Under the pieces are notes generated by a model. That model saw only the letters and a list, made by a program, of their open reading frames with translations. It was not told the DNA's origin and searched no databases. The position numbers and the translations under genes are program-made. This document shows positions 8,509 through 20,400 of a stretch of 37,267 bases of DNA, in pieces. Source of the stretch: an uncultured virus (IMG/VR IMGVR_UViG_3300043469_000509) (Duplodnaviria; Heunggongvirae; Uroviricota; Caudoviricetes; Crassvirales); the IMG/VR virus record IMGVR_UViG_3300043469_000509. One strand, 5' to 3'. Every line of letters begins with the position of its first letter. Position 1 is the stretch's first letter.

Positions 8509-11500
8509 TGATACTTTAGATTTATCTAAAATAGATCCTAAACAATTAGATTACATATTAGCAGTACCTAATAGAAATCTAACATTATATAACATTGATA
8601 AATCTCAATATGATAGGGAGTTTATTATCCCTCAATCAGGCGATCCTTATGAGGCTTTAGGAGAATTTAGAGCTAATAACCAATCAGCTATTGACCAGCT
8701 AACTAATAGCGCATTAAAAGGAACTTTAATGGCGGGTACTACATTTGCAGATACTTTTGCAGGTAGTGCAGCAGGATTAGTTAATGTATTAGGTAAAAGT
8801 ATAGAATTAGCTACTGATGGAGTAGATACTGATAATGGTGATAATGCTAAACAAATATTTAATGCTTTTATTAATAACCCTGTTTCTATAGGTTTAAATG
8901 ATTTAAACGAAATAGTTAATAGCGATTACTTAGTTAATTATAGAACTAAGCAAGAAATGGATAACGAGTGGTATGAAAATTTAGGTACTGCTAATTTCTG
9001 GGGAGAGAGTATTTTAAAGAATGCTGGATTTATGGTAGGAGGCGCTGGAGCTAGTAAATTAATTGGTAGTGGATTATCTCGTATGGCTAGAATAGAACAA
9101 GCTAGACAAGAATACAAAACTATTCAAGATGCTACTAAAGCTGTTTTATCAGGTATAGATGTAGACCCTTCAGATGTAAAACTATTAATGTCTACAGTAA
9201 AAAACAATCCTGGTATATATGGACTAGAAGCTGAAAAGGTTATAAAAAATTTAGCTGAGGCTGCTAAGACTGTTAGAGTTAGAACAGTTGGTGTACAAGC
9301 TGCTACTGCTACCCTAGGATCTTTTGGTGAGGCTAGAGTAGAGGCTTTAGGTAATGGAAATCAATTTAAAACTGATTTAACTACTAAACTAGATATGGAA
9401 TTTAAAAATCCAGATGGTAGTTTTAAGTTAGGTAAGGATGAAGAACAATATGAACAAGCTTTAGATAAGATAGATAATGAAGTTATGTCTTATCAGAATA
9501 TATCATTTTTAGGAAATGCTTTAGCACTATCTGCAAGTAACTACGCTGGTTGGAGAGAAACTTATTTAAAGTCTTATGACTTTAATAAAAAGAATATGAT
9601 AGGTAGTTCAATGGGAAATGTTGCAGGAGGTTATAAATATACTTCTCCAACAGCATTTAAAGCTACTCTACAAAAGAGAGGTTTAGACATGTTAAGAGAA
9701 TCTCAAGAAGAGCAAATTCAATTTGTTATTGATAAGGGAACAGCTGAATATGTTAACTCTCTTTATAACGGAGGAGATGTTGCTGGTAGTTTATTGAAAG
9801 GTTTAAGTAAGGGATTTAGCGAAGCATATGGATCAGCTGAAGGTTGGGAAAATGCTTTTGCTGGAGGTTTATTTGGCTTTATGGGTGTACCTGGAATGAA
9901 CTCTATTTTTAGTGAGTACAAAGAAACTGGAGCTAGAATTAAAGAAGAGTCTAGTTTAGTAGATAAGTTAAATGCTGCTATTAAAGATGGTGGGTTAGAT
10001 AACTCTAAAGAAAATATTTTAACTAGAGCTTATGCTAGAGATTTAGGGCTAACTATTGATCAAACTGAATCTTTAAAAAATGAAGATAGAAAGTTATATG
10101 AAGATTTAAAGGATAAGAAGTTTTTTAATGTTGCTAATGCTTTTATTGAAGCTGGTAAATATGAAGACTTTATAGATTTAATAGAATCTGAATCAGATTT
10201 AGATATTTCTGAACTTAAAAAAAAGTATAGTATTCTTACTAAACCAGGAGATGAAAACTCAAGAACATCTTTATTTGAAAATTGGGAAGAAGCTGAAATT
10301 AGAGGTTACATAGCTAAACAGGCTGGTAAGGCTAAAACTGAGGTTAAAAAACTTAGGGAGTTAAAAGATAATTTAGATACACTATATCAAAATCAATCTG
10401 TAACTATAAGAAATAAAGAGGGTGAAGAAGTATCTTACATGCTAAAAAATATGCTTACTGAGTCTTTCTACATGGCTGAAAGAAGAGATAAGAGAATACA
10501 AGATGTAAGACAAGAGCTAACAAAAACTATGACAAGCTCTGATTTACCTTTAACTAAAGAAGCATTTGATTTATCTATGATAGATAATCTATATAATGCT
10601 TTGTCTGGTAATTTACTAGTTGTTAATCCTACACCTAGTGATATCTTAGAAGGTAAGATGGATTTAGATAAAGTAATTACTTCTTTAAATGATTACGTAA
10701 AAAGATTTAAAGCATCTACAAATGATTCTAAAGTTATAGGATTGATGCAAGATTATATTGATTTACTTAGTGAGAGGGCTATGAGTAATTTAACTTTAGC
10801 TCAAGTAAGTAAGAATGATTTTTCTGATTTAATAGCTTCTATTAAAAAACATAAAGCTAAGGCAGAAAAGTCTGTTGTTGAAAAACAAAAAGAAGAAGTT
10901 AATAAAGAACTTTCAGATACTGAAAAATTAAATATAGTTAAAGAGAGAGGTAAGGCTGCTGGCTATTCAAATGTAGATGGTGAAGGTAGACCTGGAAATT
11001 TCTTTACATTAAAAGATGCTGCTGGTAACATAAGAAGATATGAGATTGAGCCTTTAAATGTAGGAAAAGAAAAGAAGAAACTTCAAGATGAGAAAGAAGC
11101 TAAGTTAGCTGAGCTTAATGAAAATGATGAAGAGTTAATAAAACAAATTGAAGAAGAATATGAAGCTAAAGAATTAGAATTATTAACTTCTTCAAAGCAA
11201 GAGGCCGCTATTAAAGACTTTGAAACTGGTGAATATTTAAGAGATAAAAAAGGTAAATTAATAAAATTTGATAATGCTTTTGCAATACAAAATTTTGATA
11301 AGCTAGACTTTATTTCTAGAGAGCAGGGATTAAATATTAAACGTACAAGAATAGCTCAATTAGCTAACAGAAGAAAACTTGATGCTATTAGAGAATTAAC
11401 ATTAGAATTAAATTCTAAAATAGAAGAAGAGATTTCTAAACTTGAATCTTTAATAGCTGATAAAAAGAAGACTAGAAAAGAGATTGCAGAGTATAAAGAA

Positions 11501-14470
11501 TTAAAAGAATTATTACCCTCTATAAAAGATAAGGGTGAAGCTAATAAAATAATTAAGAAATTAGAACAGCAGCTAGGAGAACTAGAAGAAGGTATAGATA
11601 CAATAAATCTTTTAATAGACCAACTAGAAGCTCACAAACAAGATTTACTAGATTTAGCAGAAGAGATTAAAACATCTTTTGAAGAGGGTACAAATTTATC
11701 TTTTGAAAAATATATAAATAATTTAGATAATTTACAACTTTCAGCTCTTGAAAAAATATGGGCTAGAAATTTATCTAGGGATTTAGAAGAACTTTTAAAT
11801 GATAATGAAATACAATCTTCTTTAAATAGCTTACAACAACTTAAAAATAATACTTTAAATGAGATACAAGCTACTCAAGAAATTATAAATAATTTAAAAG
11901 AGTTAGTAGATAAATCTAATACTTTTAAAGAATGGATTTTATCTAGTAAGATAAAAGGATTACCTTCTTGGTTTGTAACTAAGTGGAGTGTAGGTAAAAA
12001 GACAGACCCTTTTCAGTTTAGTTCTAAAGTAGGAGATTTACAAGATATAAAAAGATTATACCAGTTTCAAAACGTAATGAATAAGTACGCTGAAAAATAT
12101 GGCTTATCTTCTAAAGAAACTTATAATGAATTTTTAAATGATTTAAAAAATTTAAAAGATGCTGAAAATATACGAAATGAAGATTTAAATAGGACTTATG
12201 ATGAGATTAGAAATCTAGAAAATGAGATACTTGTTAATAGTAGAGATTTAGAAAATTTAAAAAATAGGTTAGAAGATATTATTGAGTTAAAAGGATTTCT
12301 ACAGAATGAGTTAAAACTTAAAAACTTAAAAGATTCTATTAACCAATTAAAAATTAAGTATACTAATATTATTAATAGAGACAGTAAATACAATACTGTT
12401 GAACCTAATCAGGTAGCTTTTGAAGATGGGCAACCTAGTGAAGTTTATAATGAAGGTGATTACAAAGCTTTAAGCTTACCTTCTAGTGCTATGAGTTTAA
12501 CTCCTTTTTATACTACTAATAAAACTGTGGAACAAAATCCAGATGGTAGTACAAAATATAAAGATAATGGATTTCCTGAACTTAATCAGAATGAAGATGC
12601 TATTAGATGGAATAGATTTTTAGAAAGGACTTCTAATTTAGGAGCTAAAGATAGTAATTATAGACTACAAGCTTTTGTAAGAAATTTATTACCTGCAACT
12701 TCTAAATTAAGAATAGACGCTGAAAAAAGAATTTTAGAAGGTGGTGGAGTTTTATCTGATGATGATATAATTACTGCTGTTGTAAATTTATCTGGAGAAA
12801 TTATGACTGCTGATAAAGATGGTCTATTATCTAGAGAAGGTGGTTATATATACACTTTCTTACCATTAACTCATCACTTACTAGGAGTTAATAGTAAGGT
12901 TGCTGATAAGGGCTTATGGATGTACTGGAAAAAGTATGCTGGTGTAAAAATGCAGCACACTCTTACTTTAACTAAGATAGAACAAGATTCTACACATGAT
13001 GATGATTTAGTGGAATTTGGTAAAGGTAATCAAATAAAATTAAGTGTTGCTAAAAGAGAGATAAGAGAATTTGCAGCTAGACAACATGCTAAATTTATAA
13101 CTAATATTAAAGGAGCTATAGCAGAAGGTAAAAAAGTAATCTTACCTGTACAATCAGTTAGTAATGGTATTCTATTAAAAAGGAAAGCTGTTGAAGGAGA
13201 GCTTACTATGGACTCAGTAAGTAATGTATTACTTAACATGAGGGATTTAAATACTAATTCTGCAGAAGGGTTAAATAATGTAGAAGTACATGTTGTAGTA
13301 AAAACTGGAGATAATTATAGCATACCTAGAACATCTATAGTTATCCCTAATGCTAAAAAGGGAGCTGTTGTTGTTTATAATAAAGTTACTAAAGAATATT
13401 TTTACGCTAATCAAAGAAACATAAATGATACAGAAGTTGATTTAGTTTTACATTTATTAGAATTAGTAGCTAATAATCCAGAAAAAAACTTAAACTTAAA
13501 TTTAAATATAGGTAATAATAAAACTAATTTTTATAAAGATGGTAGTTTAACAAGACAAGAAGTTCCTATTTTTCAAAAATTTGGAGGGTTATCTATAATG
13601 AATAACTTAATTTTTTGGGGTAGTCCTAATAAAGGAACCCATAATAAACATACAATTTTTGTAGATAAGGGTAAAATTCATTACCCTAATCCTAATAATA
13701 ATTTTACTATGGAGTCTATACCTTTAACAAAGGTAAGAGATGTTAAAGTAAATGCTAATTTACAAGCTTACTTAAAAACTAAACGTCATAATGTAAACCA
13801 TAAAATGTTTGAAACTCAAGCTTGGTATATGCACCCTGTAATTAAGAATGGTAAGCTTGAGTGGGAAATGGTTGAAGGTGGTTATAAAGCATTCTTATTA
13901 AATGGGTCTAAGTCAATTAGCCCTGTGTTAATTAGTAATGCTGTTAATTCTAATACTAAAAATAATAACTTAAAATTGCTTTTTGCTTCTAAAAACGTTA
14001 TATTAGATATCAATCCTGAAACTGGTGTTCCTAAAATTGAAAATCAAATAAATAAAGAAGCTCCTAAACCAGATCCTACAGCAGCAGCAGCACAACAACA
14101 ACCTGCACCTGCAGCTCCTGCAGCAGCTGCTCAAGAAACGTCTCCAGCAACTATTGTACCTATGAGTGCAGAAGCTGCTTTAATAGAAGCCTCTTTAAGT
14201 AATGAGGATTTTTATGCAAGTTTAGCAGCAGAAGGACATGGTCAAGTAACTGATTTAGCTACTTCTTTATCAATTTTAAATCAAACTGGTAATACATCAA
14301 ATGATTTAGGAGAAACTCCTTTTGTAGAAGATTCAAATCTAGCTAGGGTAACGCCAGATAATGTAGTAGATGAAAACCAAAAAACTTGTAATACAGGAGG
14401 TAGTACACCTCCAAATACAGGAGGGATTAAAAAAAACCAAGATATACCTAAAAATAACAGCGAAGACTAA
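8480..14470 (+). CDS. Giant virion cargo/ejection protein with long coiled coil (gene upstream of the virion RNAP)
   Basis: 1996 aa. Gly/Ala-rich hydrophobic N-terminal segments, ESQEEQIQ motif, extended E/K/L heptad region and PAAP linker near the C-terminus. TAATG stop/start coupling to the RNAP gene. Confidence 0.65.
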   Translation: MDKTIQPENNDTLDLSKIDPKQLDYILAVPNRNLTLYNIDKSQYDREFIIPQSGDPYEALGEFRANNQSAIDQLTNSALKGTLMAGTTFADTFAGSAAGLVNVLGKSIELATDGVDTDNGDNAKQIFNAFINNPVSIGLNDLNEIVNSDYLVNYRTKQEMDNEWYENLGTANFWGESILKNAGFMVGGAGASKLIGSGLSRMARIEQARQEYKTIQDATKAVLSGIDVDPSDVKLLMSTVKNNPGIYGLEAEKVIKNLAEAAKTVRVRTVGVQAATATLGSFGEARVEALGNGNQFKTDLTTKLDMEFKNPDGSFKLGKDEEQYEQALDKIDNEVMSYQNISFLGNALALSASNYAGWRETYLKSYDFNKKNMIGSSMGNVAGGYKYTSPTAFKATLQKRGLDMLRESQEEQIQFVIDKGTAEYVNSLYNGGDVAGSLLKGLSKGFSEAYGSAEGWENAFAGGLFGFMGVPGMNSIFSEYKETGARIKEESSLVDKLNAAIKDGGLDNSKENILTRAYARDLGLTIDQTESLKNEDRKLYEDLKDKKFFNVANAFIEAGKYEDFIDLIESESDLDISELKKKYSILTKPGDENSRTSLFENWEEAEIRGYIAKQAGKAKTEVKKLRELKDNLDTLYQNQSVTIRNKEGEEVSYMLKNMLTESFYMAERRDKRIQDVRQELTKTMTSSDLPLTKEAFDLSMIDNLYNALSGNLLVVNPTPSDILEGKMDLDKVITSLNDYVKRFKASTNDSKVIGLMQDYIDLLSERAMSNLTLAQVSKNDFSDLIASIKKHKAKAEKSVVEKQKEEVNKELSDTEKLNIVKERGKAAGYSNVDGEGRPGNFFTLKDAAGNIRRYEIEPLNVGKEKKKLQDEKEAKLAELNENDEELIKQIEEEYEAKELELLTSSKQEAAIKDFETGEYLRDKKGKLIKFDNAFAIQNFDKLDFISREQGLNIKRTRIAQLANRRKLDAIRELTLELNSKIEEEISKLESLIADKKKTRKEIAEYKELKELLPSIKDKGEANKIIKKLEQQLGELEEGIDTINLLIDQLEAHKQDLLDLAEEIKTSFEEGTNLSFEKYINNLDNLQLSALEKIWARNLSRDLEELLNDNEIQSSLNSLQQLKNNTLNEIQATQEIINNLKELVDKSNTFKEWILSSKIKGLPSWFVTKWSVGKKTDPFQFSSKVGDLQDIKRLYQFQNVMNKYAEKYGLSSKETYNEFLNDLKNLKDAENIRNEDLNRTYDEIRNLENEILVNSRDLENLKNRLEDIIELKGFLQNELKLKNLKDSINQLKIKYTNIINRDSKYNTVEPNQVAFEDGQPSEVYNEGDYKALSLPSSAMSLTPFYTTNKTVEQNPDGSTKYKDNGFPELNQNEDAIRWNRFLERTSNLGAKDSNYRLQAFVRNLLPATSKLRIDAEKRILEGGGVLSDDDIITAVVNLSGEIMTADKDGLLSREGGYIYTFLPLTHHLLGVNSKVADKGLWMYWKKYAGVKMQHTLTLTKIEQDSTHDDDLVEFGKGNQIKLSVAKREIREFAARQHAKFITNIKGAIAEGKKVILPVQSVSNGILLKRKAVEGELTMDSVSNVLLNMRDLNTNSAEGLNNVEVHVVVKTGDNYSIPRTSIVIPNAKKGAVVVYNKVTKEYFYANQRNINDTEVDLVLHLLELVANNPEKNLNLNLNIGNNKTNFYKDGSLTRQEVPIFQKFGGLSIMNNLIFWGSPNKGTHNKHTIFVDKGKIHYPNPNNNFTMESIPLTKVRDVKVNANLQAYLKTKRHNVNHKMFETQAWYMHPVIKNGKLEWEMVEGGYKAFLLNGSKSISPVLISNAVNSNTKNNNLKLLFASKNVILDINPETGVPKIENQINKEAPKPDPTAAAAQQQPAPAAPAAAAQETSPATIVPMSAEAALIEASLSNEDFYASLAAEGHGQVTDLATSLSILNQTGNTSNDLGETPFVEDSNLARVTPDNVVDENQKTCNTGGSTPPNTGGIKKNQDIPKNNSED

Positions 14471-17400
14471 TGAGTGTAATATGTCCTAGAGTAAATACTT
14501 CTGAATGGAAGTCCTTAGAAAGAAAGTATGGTTATGACTATGCTTGGAAACTATATATGTATAACAATAGTAATATACCTTCTTTAGAAGAGGCTAAATT
14601 ATTAAAAGTTAAACATGAAAAAGTATTGTCCAAATTTATATTTGAAGGGGTTGAATTAACATCTTTAGAAAAAACTGATTTCCTAAATTCTTTAAAATAT
14701 TTCTTTGTAAAAAACTTAATAAATAACTTTGATACTATTCAAGATATTGAAAATATTTTAGAAGACATTTTAGATAGTAAGTCTATTATGAATGTCTATG
14801 ATAAGGCTCTTGAAAATATCATTGATGCTTATTCTGAAAAGGCTGATCCAAGATTAACAAATATTTTAATGGCTGTTATTAAAGATCATCCTACTAATTT
14901 TTTAAGAGAGGCTTATCAAATTGCAGAGGAAGATTCTTATAAAGCTGGTTTAATTTACAACCAGTTTAAAAAAGAGTTATCTAATATTGTTAAATTTGTT
15001 AAATCTAACGATGAGGACCCTGATACTAAGAAAACAGAAGCTGTTACTGAAACTACTAAAGATAGTTATGGTAAGGAATCTATAGAGCAAAATAGAAAAG
15101 ATACTTTCTCAAGAGGTATTAAGATACTATTATCAGGAGTTCCTGAATATGCTAAAGATGGAAGTTACGCAAGAAATAGTTTAGGCATGCTTCAACCTGT
15201 TAATGCTAATAAAGTTAATAATGAGTTACTAAATTTATTTGCTAATACTCCAGCTACAGCTCAAGATTTTTTAGAAAAACTTTATTCTGAGGCTGATACT
15301 AACCCTACAATTAATTGGGTGTATGAAAAAGTATTTAGTAGTTTAAGTACTAATCCTAAAACTGGTGAATTAGAATTAACTAATTCTAATATTTCTGAGT
15401 TACCTAGGTTTAATATGATAATTAAATTTATCCAGTCTTTTGCTAATCATAAATATAAATTAGATGCTGCTATTGTTAGTAAAACTAAAGAGGGTACTTC
15501 TATTAAGATACAAGATGCTGATACTAATAAGTTAACTAATAGAATATTAAAAGAGTGGAAAACTAATATTGAGAAAGCTTTAGATAGTGGTGTTGTAGTA
15601 GGATCACGTAAGATTATCTTTAACAATGATGTTAATGCTTTTGTAAATTTTCTAAATGCTCAAGATGAATCTTTAGAGGACAAGCTAGCTGTATTAGGAT
15701 TACCTCAAGTTAATGAAAAGCTAATAGATGAATATAGTGCTAGTAATACTTTAAATATACTAAGCAATAATTTAAGTTTTATACAAACATTTTTTGATTT
15801 AACAGGATTAATAAAAGAGTCTGTTAAAACAATTCCTGGTAATAAAGGATTACTAGAGATGTTTGAACCTCTTAGTAAGAACACTAAGCTGCATGCTTAT
15901 ACTGTAGGGCTACTTGAATTTACACTACCTTTTAGAAAGGACTATGATAATCAACAGTTTAATACTGATGGTAATTTAATGAGTACTATTAACTTAAATA
16001 GTTTTCAAACATTACTTTTAAATAGATTAAATAATGCTGTAGATAAAGCTAGACAAAAGTTTCCTAATGATAGTGTTTATAATAATTTTGAAAATATTTA
16101 CGAAGAGCTAAACAAAGAAGTTCCTGAAGCATTAAATCAATGGTCTTCAGATTCTAAATTTATGCAAAGAGTCTTATCAGGAGAGAAGTTAGAAATTAAA
16201 CTTCTTGATGGTATGGTTGCAAAAGGAGGAGATGGTAAAAGTACTTCAGCTTTAGTACAAACTGATTTATGGGGTATGTTTATTAATAGCTCATTAAATA
16301 ATGTATTTCCTGCTATTAAACACGGTGATAGAAGTATGTTCTATGGCTACAAGTTTGGGTTTGGAGGTTCTGATATATTAAGTACTGCTGGATATATGCC
16401 AGATAGTAATTGGAAGAATAGATTTACAGATATACTTTTTGATTACTTAGATACTGAAATACAACGCATTAAAATTTTTAGAAGCGGGGCTACTGAAACT
16501 GCTGATATACAAAACATTAATAAGTTAGGTAAAGAGTTTATTTTGTTTTCTGAGATATTGGATACATTTAATTCTAATAAATTACATAGAAATAAAATAG
16601 ATTCTTTAATTACTAATTATACTAATATCCAAGATTTAAAAGAAGATAAATTTATAGCTAGTCTTATTAATAAATGGGCTGGTAATTACTTTAATGAAAG
16701 TATAGCACAAGCTAAGAATTCAGGTATAGGAGAGCTAGGTAATGGTATTGATGTTAATATATCAAATAAACTTTATAATGCGTTAGAGTACTCACAAAGA
16801 GGCTTAAAAAAAGATCAAGCTTTCTATGATGAAGTTATTAGTTTAGCTGCTGCTAAATTTTTTATAGGAGCTGTAGAACAAACTAAACTATTTACAGGCG
16901 ACCCAGCTCTTTACCAAATTAAAGGGTTTGAAAAAAACTTAGAAGCTTTAGAAAGTAAATCTAAAGAAAGTATATTAATATATGATTTTATAAAAAGAAT
17001 TACTATGCAATCATCTACTAAGATGGTTGCTGTTGTAGATACTGTAACTAATAACTTTTTAAATAATCTAGCTGCTGAAGAAGATTTTAAATTTTCTATA
17101 AATGGAGGCCCTAAACAAAGTTATAATAAAAACTTTGATGGTACTATTAGAGAGCTAGTTATTAATGACCCTAAAACAGTTAGTAAGTTAAAAGAAGAGT
17201 TGGCTTTAATTTTTAAAGACAATCCTGAAGCATTAGCAGCTTATACTGAGAATGGGTTTGATGAAACAGATGGCTTTAGTATAGGTAATATATTCTTTGC
17301 ATTAGAAGGTATATTTAGAACAGAAGGAATTCACTCTGCTAGATTAGAAACTGTTAAAAGGGAATTAAAGTTTTTATCTGGTACTCAAGAAGAACTAGAT

Positions 17401-20400
17401 ACTCTTTATACTGTCCCTAAAGGAGAAAACCCTGAGAAATATTTTAGCCAAACAGTGAGACCATTTACTCAACAAAAGTTTCAATATGTTGGCCCTAACT
17501 ATATGAAGGATAGAAACTCTTATATAGAAGATGGTAAAAAAGGTAATTGGAGAAACAGAGTAGGTATTACAGCAGGTAGAAAAACATCTTATGGATACTT
17601 AATGCCAAGTGTTGTTAAAGGCACTGTCCTAGAGCAATTAAATAACTTTATGTTAGAAAATGCTGTAGATGTTATGCACTTTGGTTCTGCTGCTAAATTT
17701 GGTTCTGGTAAGACTAGGGATTTTTATAAAGTTAGAGAAGAAAATGGAGTTAAAATTACTGAAGGATTTAATGATTCTCCAATATTAAGCAATGAGTTAG
17801 GATTTTTAGATTTTAGGTATATGGGTAAACAGCAAGAAATTGCTTATGAAACTAAAAATAAAGTTAGTGATAGTACCCAAGCTAGGAAGATTAATCTTAG
17901 TGGTATAATGGAAGATGGTGTACCTATTGATTATGCTGGTACAAATGAAGAGTGGGATAAATTATCTGAACAAGAAAAGCTATCTAACTCAGAATTATTT
18001 AGATTCATTACTAGATATGATCAAATTTATAATGAGCTAATTCAAGAATTTATCTCAGAGCTACAAGCTGGTTATGAGTTATCTAATACTTTTAATATTA
18101 CTAACCCATTAAAGTTTGTTAATTTAATTAGAAAACAAGCTGAAGATAGAGTATCTCCTGATAATATAATAGAAGCTATTATTGATTGGGCTAAAGATGA
18201 TTCTAATTTAAAGTATATAGAAAGTTTAGCTAACTACCAAAAGATACAATATGTATTAACTAGTATAATAACTAATAATCTTTTAATATTAAAAAGACCT
18301 GGAACAATGTTTCCTCAATCTCCAAGTACTGGATATGAGTCTACAGATTCTTTTAGAACTTTTAGTGGTGAAAATTTAGAAAGTAATGACGCTTTAAAAT
18401 TCTATACTTTTGACAAAGATGAAGATGGAAATATAATTAAAGTTAATCCAGCTGAAATAATGATACCCTTACCTCTAGATAAGGTTGAGGGATTATTTAA
18501 TTACTACGATGGTAAATCTATATTAATAAATGGAGAGGTTTATAAAAAACCTAATGCTGAAAGAAACATTAATAAGTTATTAGATATTATAAATAATCAA
18601 ATAGCTGAAGGTAATTTACAACACCAATATCTAATTAAAGGATTACGTATTCCTAATCAACAGCTTAGTTCTAATGATGTATTTAAAGTTAAAAAATTCT
18701 TAAACCCTATTTATAACCAGACTATTATAGTACCTAATGAGATACTAGTTAAAAATGGTTCGGATTTTGACATTGATAAGGAAAGTTTATACTTCCCTAT
18801 TTTAGATGATGAGATGAAAGCTAAAGACTCTGATAAAATGTCATCTGTAGAAAAACTACATAGTGAATTATTAGATTTAGAAATTAAACTTTTATTACAC
18901 CCTAAAAGAGTTAGTAGATTACTTATGCCTGTAACTGAAGGCTATTTAAAAACTATTGCTAAAAAAGCTCAAATAGCAAATATAAAAAATGTAAATAAAC
19001 AACCTACACATTTATTTGCTTTAGGAAGTTTAGTAGAAGGTACTTTAGATTATGTAGGTGGTAAGCAAGGTGTAGGGGTTGTAGCTACTTGGATTACTTT
19101 TCAAAAACTAGCTGAAAGATATAATATAGTTTTAAAAACTTCACGTACTAATAGTAAGGGGGATTATATACCTGTAACTTTAGACAATAGGTATTTAGAT
19201 GGTAAAGATGTTATTGTTAATGATAACTTTATTAGTTTTGGTAAAACTGTTAATCGTAATATTATTAATGAGAAACAAGATAGCGGTCAATCTAGAGAAA
19301 TCTTATTAGAAGAACAAATAGAAGATGTTTTATCTAATCTTATTACAAGTCAAGTAGATATTGTTAAAGATAAGTGGGCTTCAGAAATTAATATTAGATT
19401 AAATACTTTAAATTTAGTATGCTATCTTGTAATGAGAGGCTGTTCTACTAAAAGTATTGTAGACTTTATTAATAATCCAGCAATAAAACAATTTAATGAG
19501 ATTAAGGAGATTAACAAAGCTATGTCTATTGATTCTCCTTACCCTAAAGATAATAAAGGTATAATTCAATTTATAGCTGGTAAACAACCTAATTATATAA
19601 GTAGTATATTAGAAGAATATATTAAAGTAACTGATGAAGCTGGGCAAGTAAAAAACTTAAAAGATTTTTTATCTGCTGATACAAAGTATTTAAAAAGTCC
19701 TGAAGAAGTTTGGGAAGTTGATAACACTCTTTGGAGAATGTTAAATAGTTCTGAAAGTATATTTGATTCTAACCAATTAAATGAGCTTAGATATAATACA
19801 TTATTATCTAGTTTTATACAATCTAGAAGTTTAATTAATACTATATTTGACCCTTTATACTTAACTAGAAATAGTTTAAATAAAGATTTAATTGAAAAGC
19901 AATCTATATTAACTAATAAAGGCTTTGATCATATACATAAAGATACTACTAAGAAAGCTGCTATAAAAATTTATAATGAGCATTTTATTAACTTCCTATT
20001 ACAAAACCAATTAAAAAGTGTAATTGAGTCTAAGTATGAGAATTTAATGAAAGGTCCGAATAGTATGGCTAGAAGAATATCTAGAGCTAAAGATAACCCT
20101 AGGTTTGCTAATAACTATTTAATACAAAACTTAATATCTATTATAGATAATAAATTAGGTAATAGTACAGAGCAAGTTATAGATAATGTTAAACTATTCT
20201 TAACTAAAACTACTACTACTGAAACTAATAACTTATCTAATAACTTTGAAGAGATTGAGAGTATAGATAAAGCGTTATATGAAGACTTAATTTACTTTAA
20301 TTTATTTCAAGCTGGTATAAGTAATAGTCCTTATCAATTAAGTAAAATACTTTCTCATAAGGGTCAGAAATTAGTTTTAGATGCTTTAAATAATGAAGGT

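Noticed and set aside
14060..14160. GCA/CCT-rich repeats (AAAAQQQPAPAAPAAAA), with a similar stretch at ~4141-4180
   Set aside because: Ordinary Pro/Ala linkers in coding sequence.
14428..14470. Slippery-looking run (ATT AAA AAA AAC) near the end of the 1996-aa ORF that might fuse it to the RNAP
   Set aside because: The -1 frame hits TAA at 14449-14451 before the RNAP start, and there is no downstream stem. TAATG coupling explains the junction.
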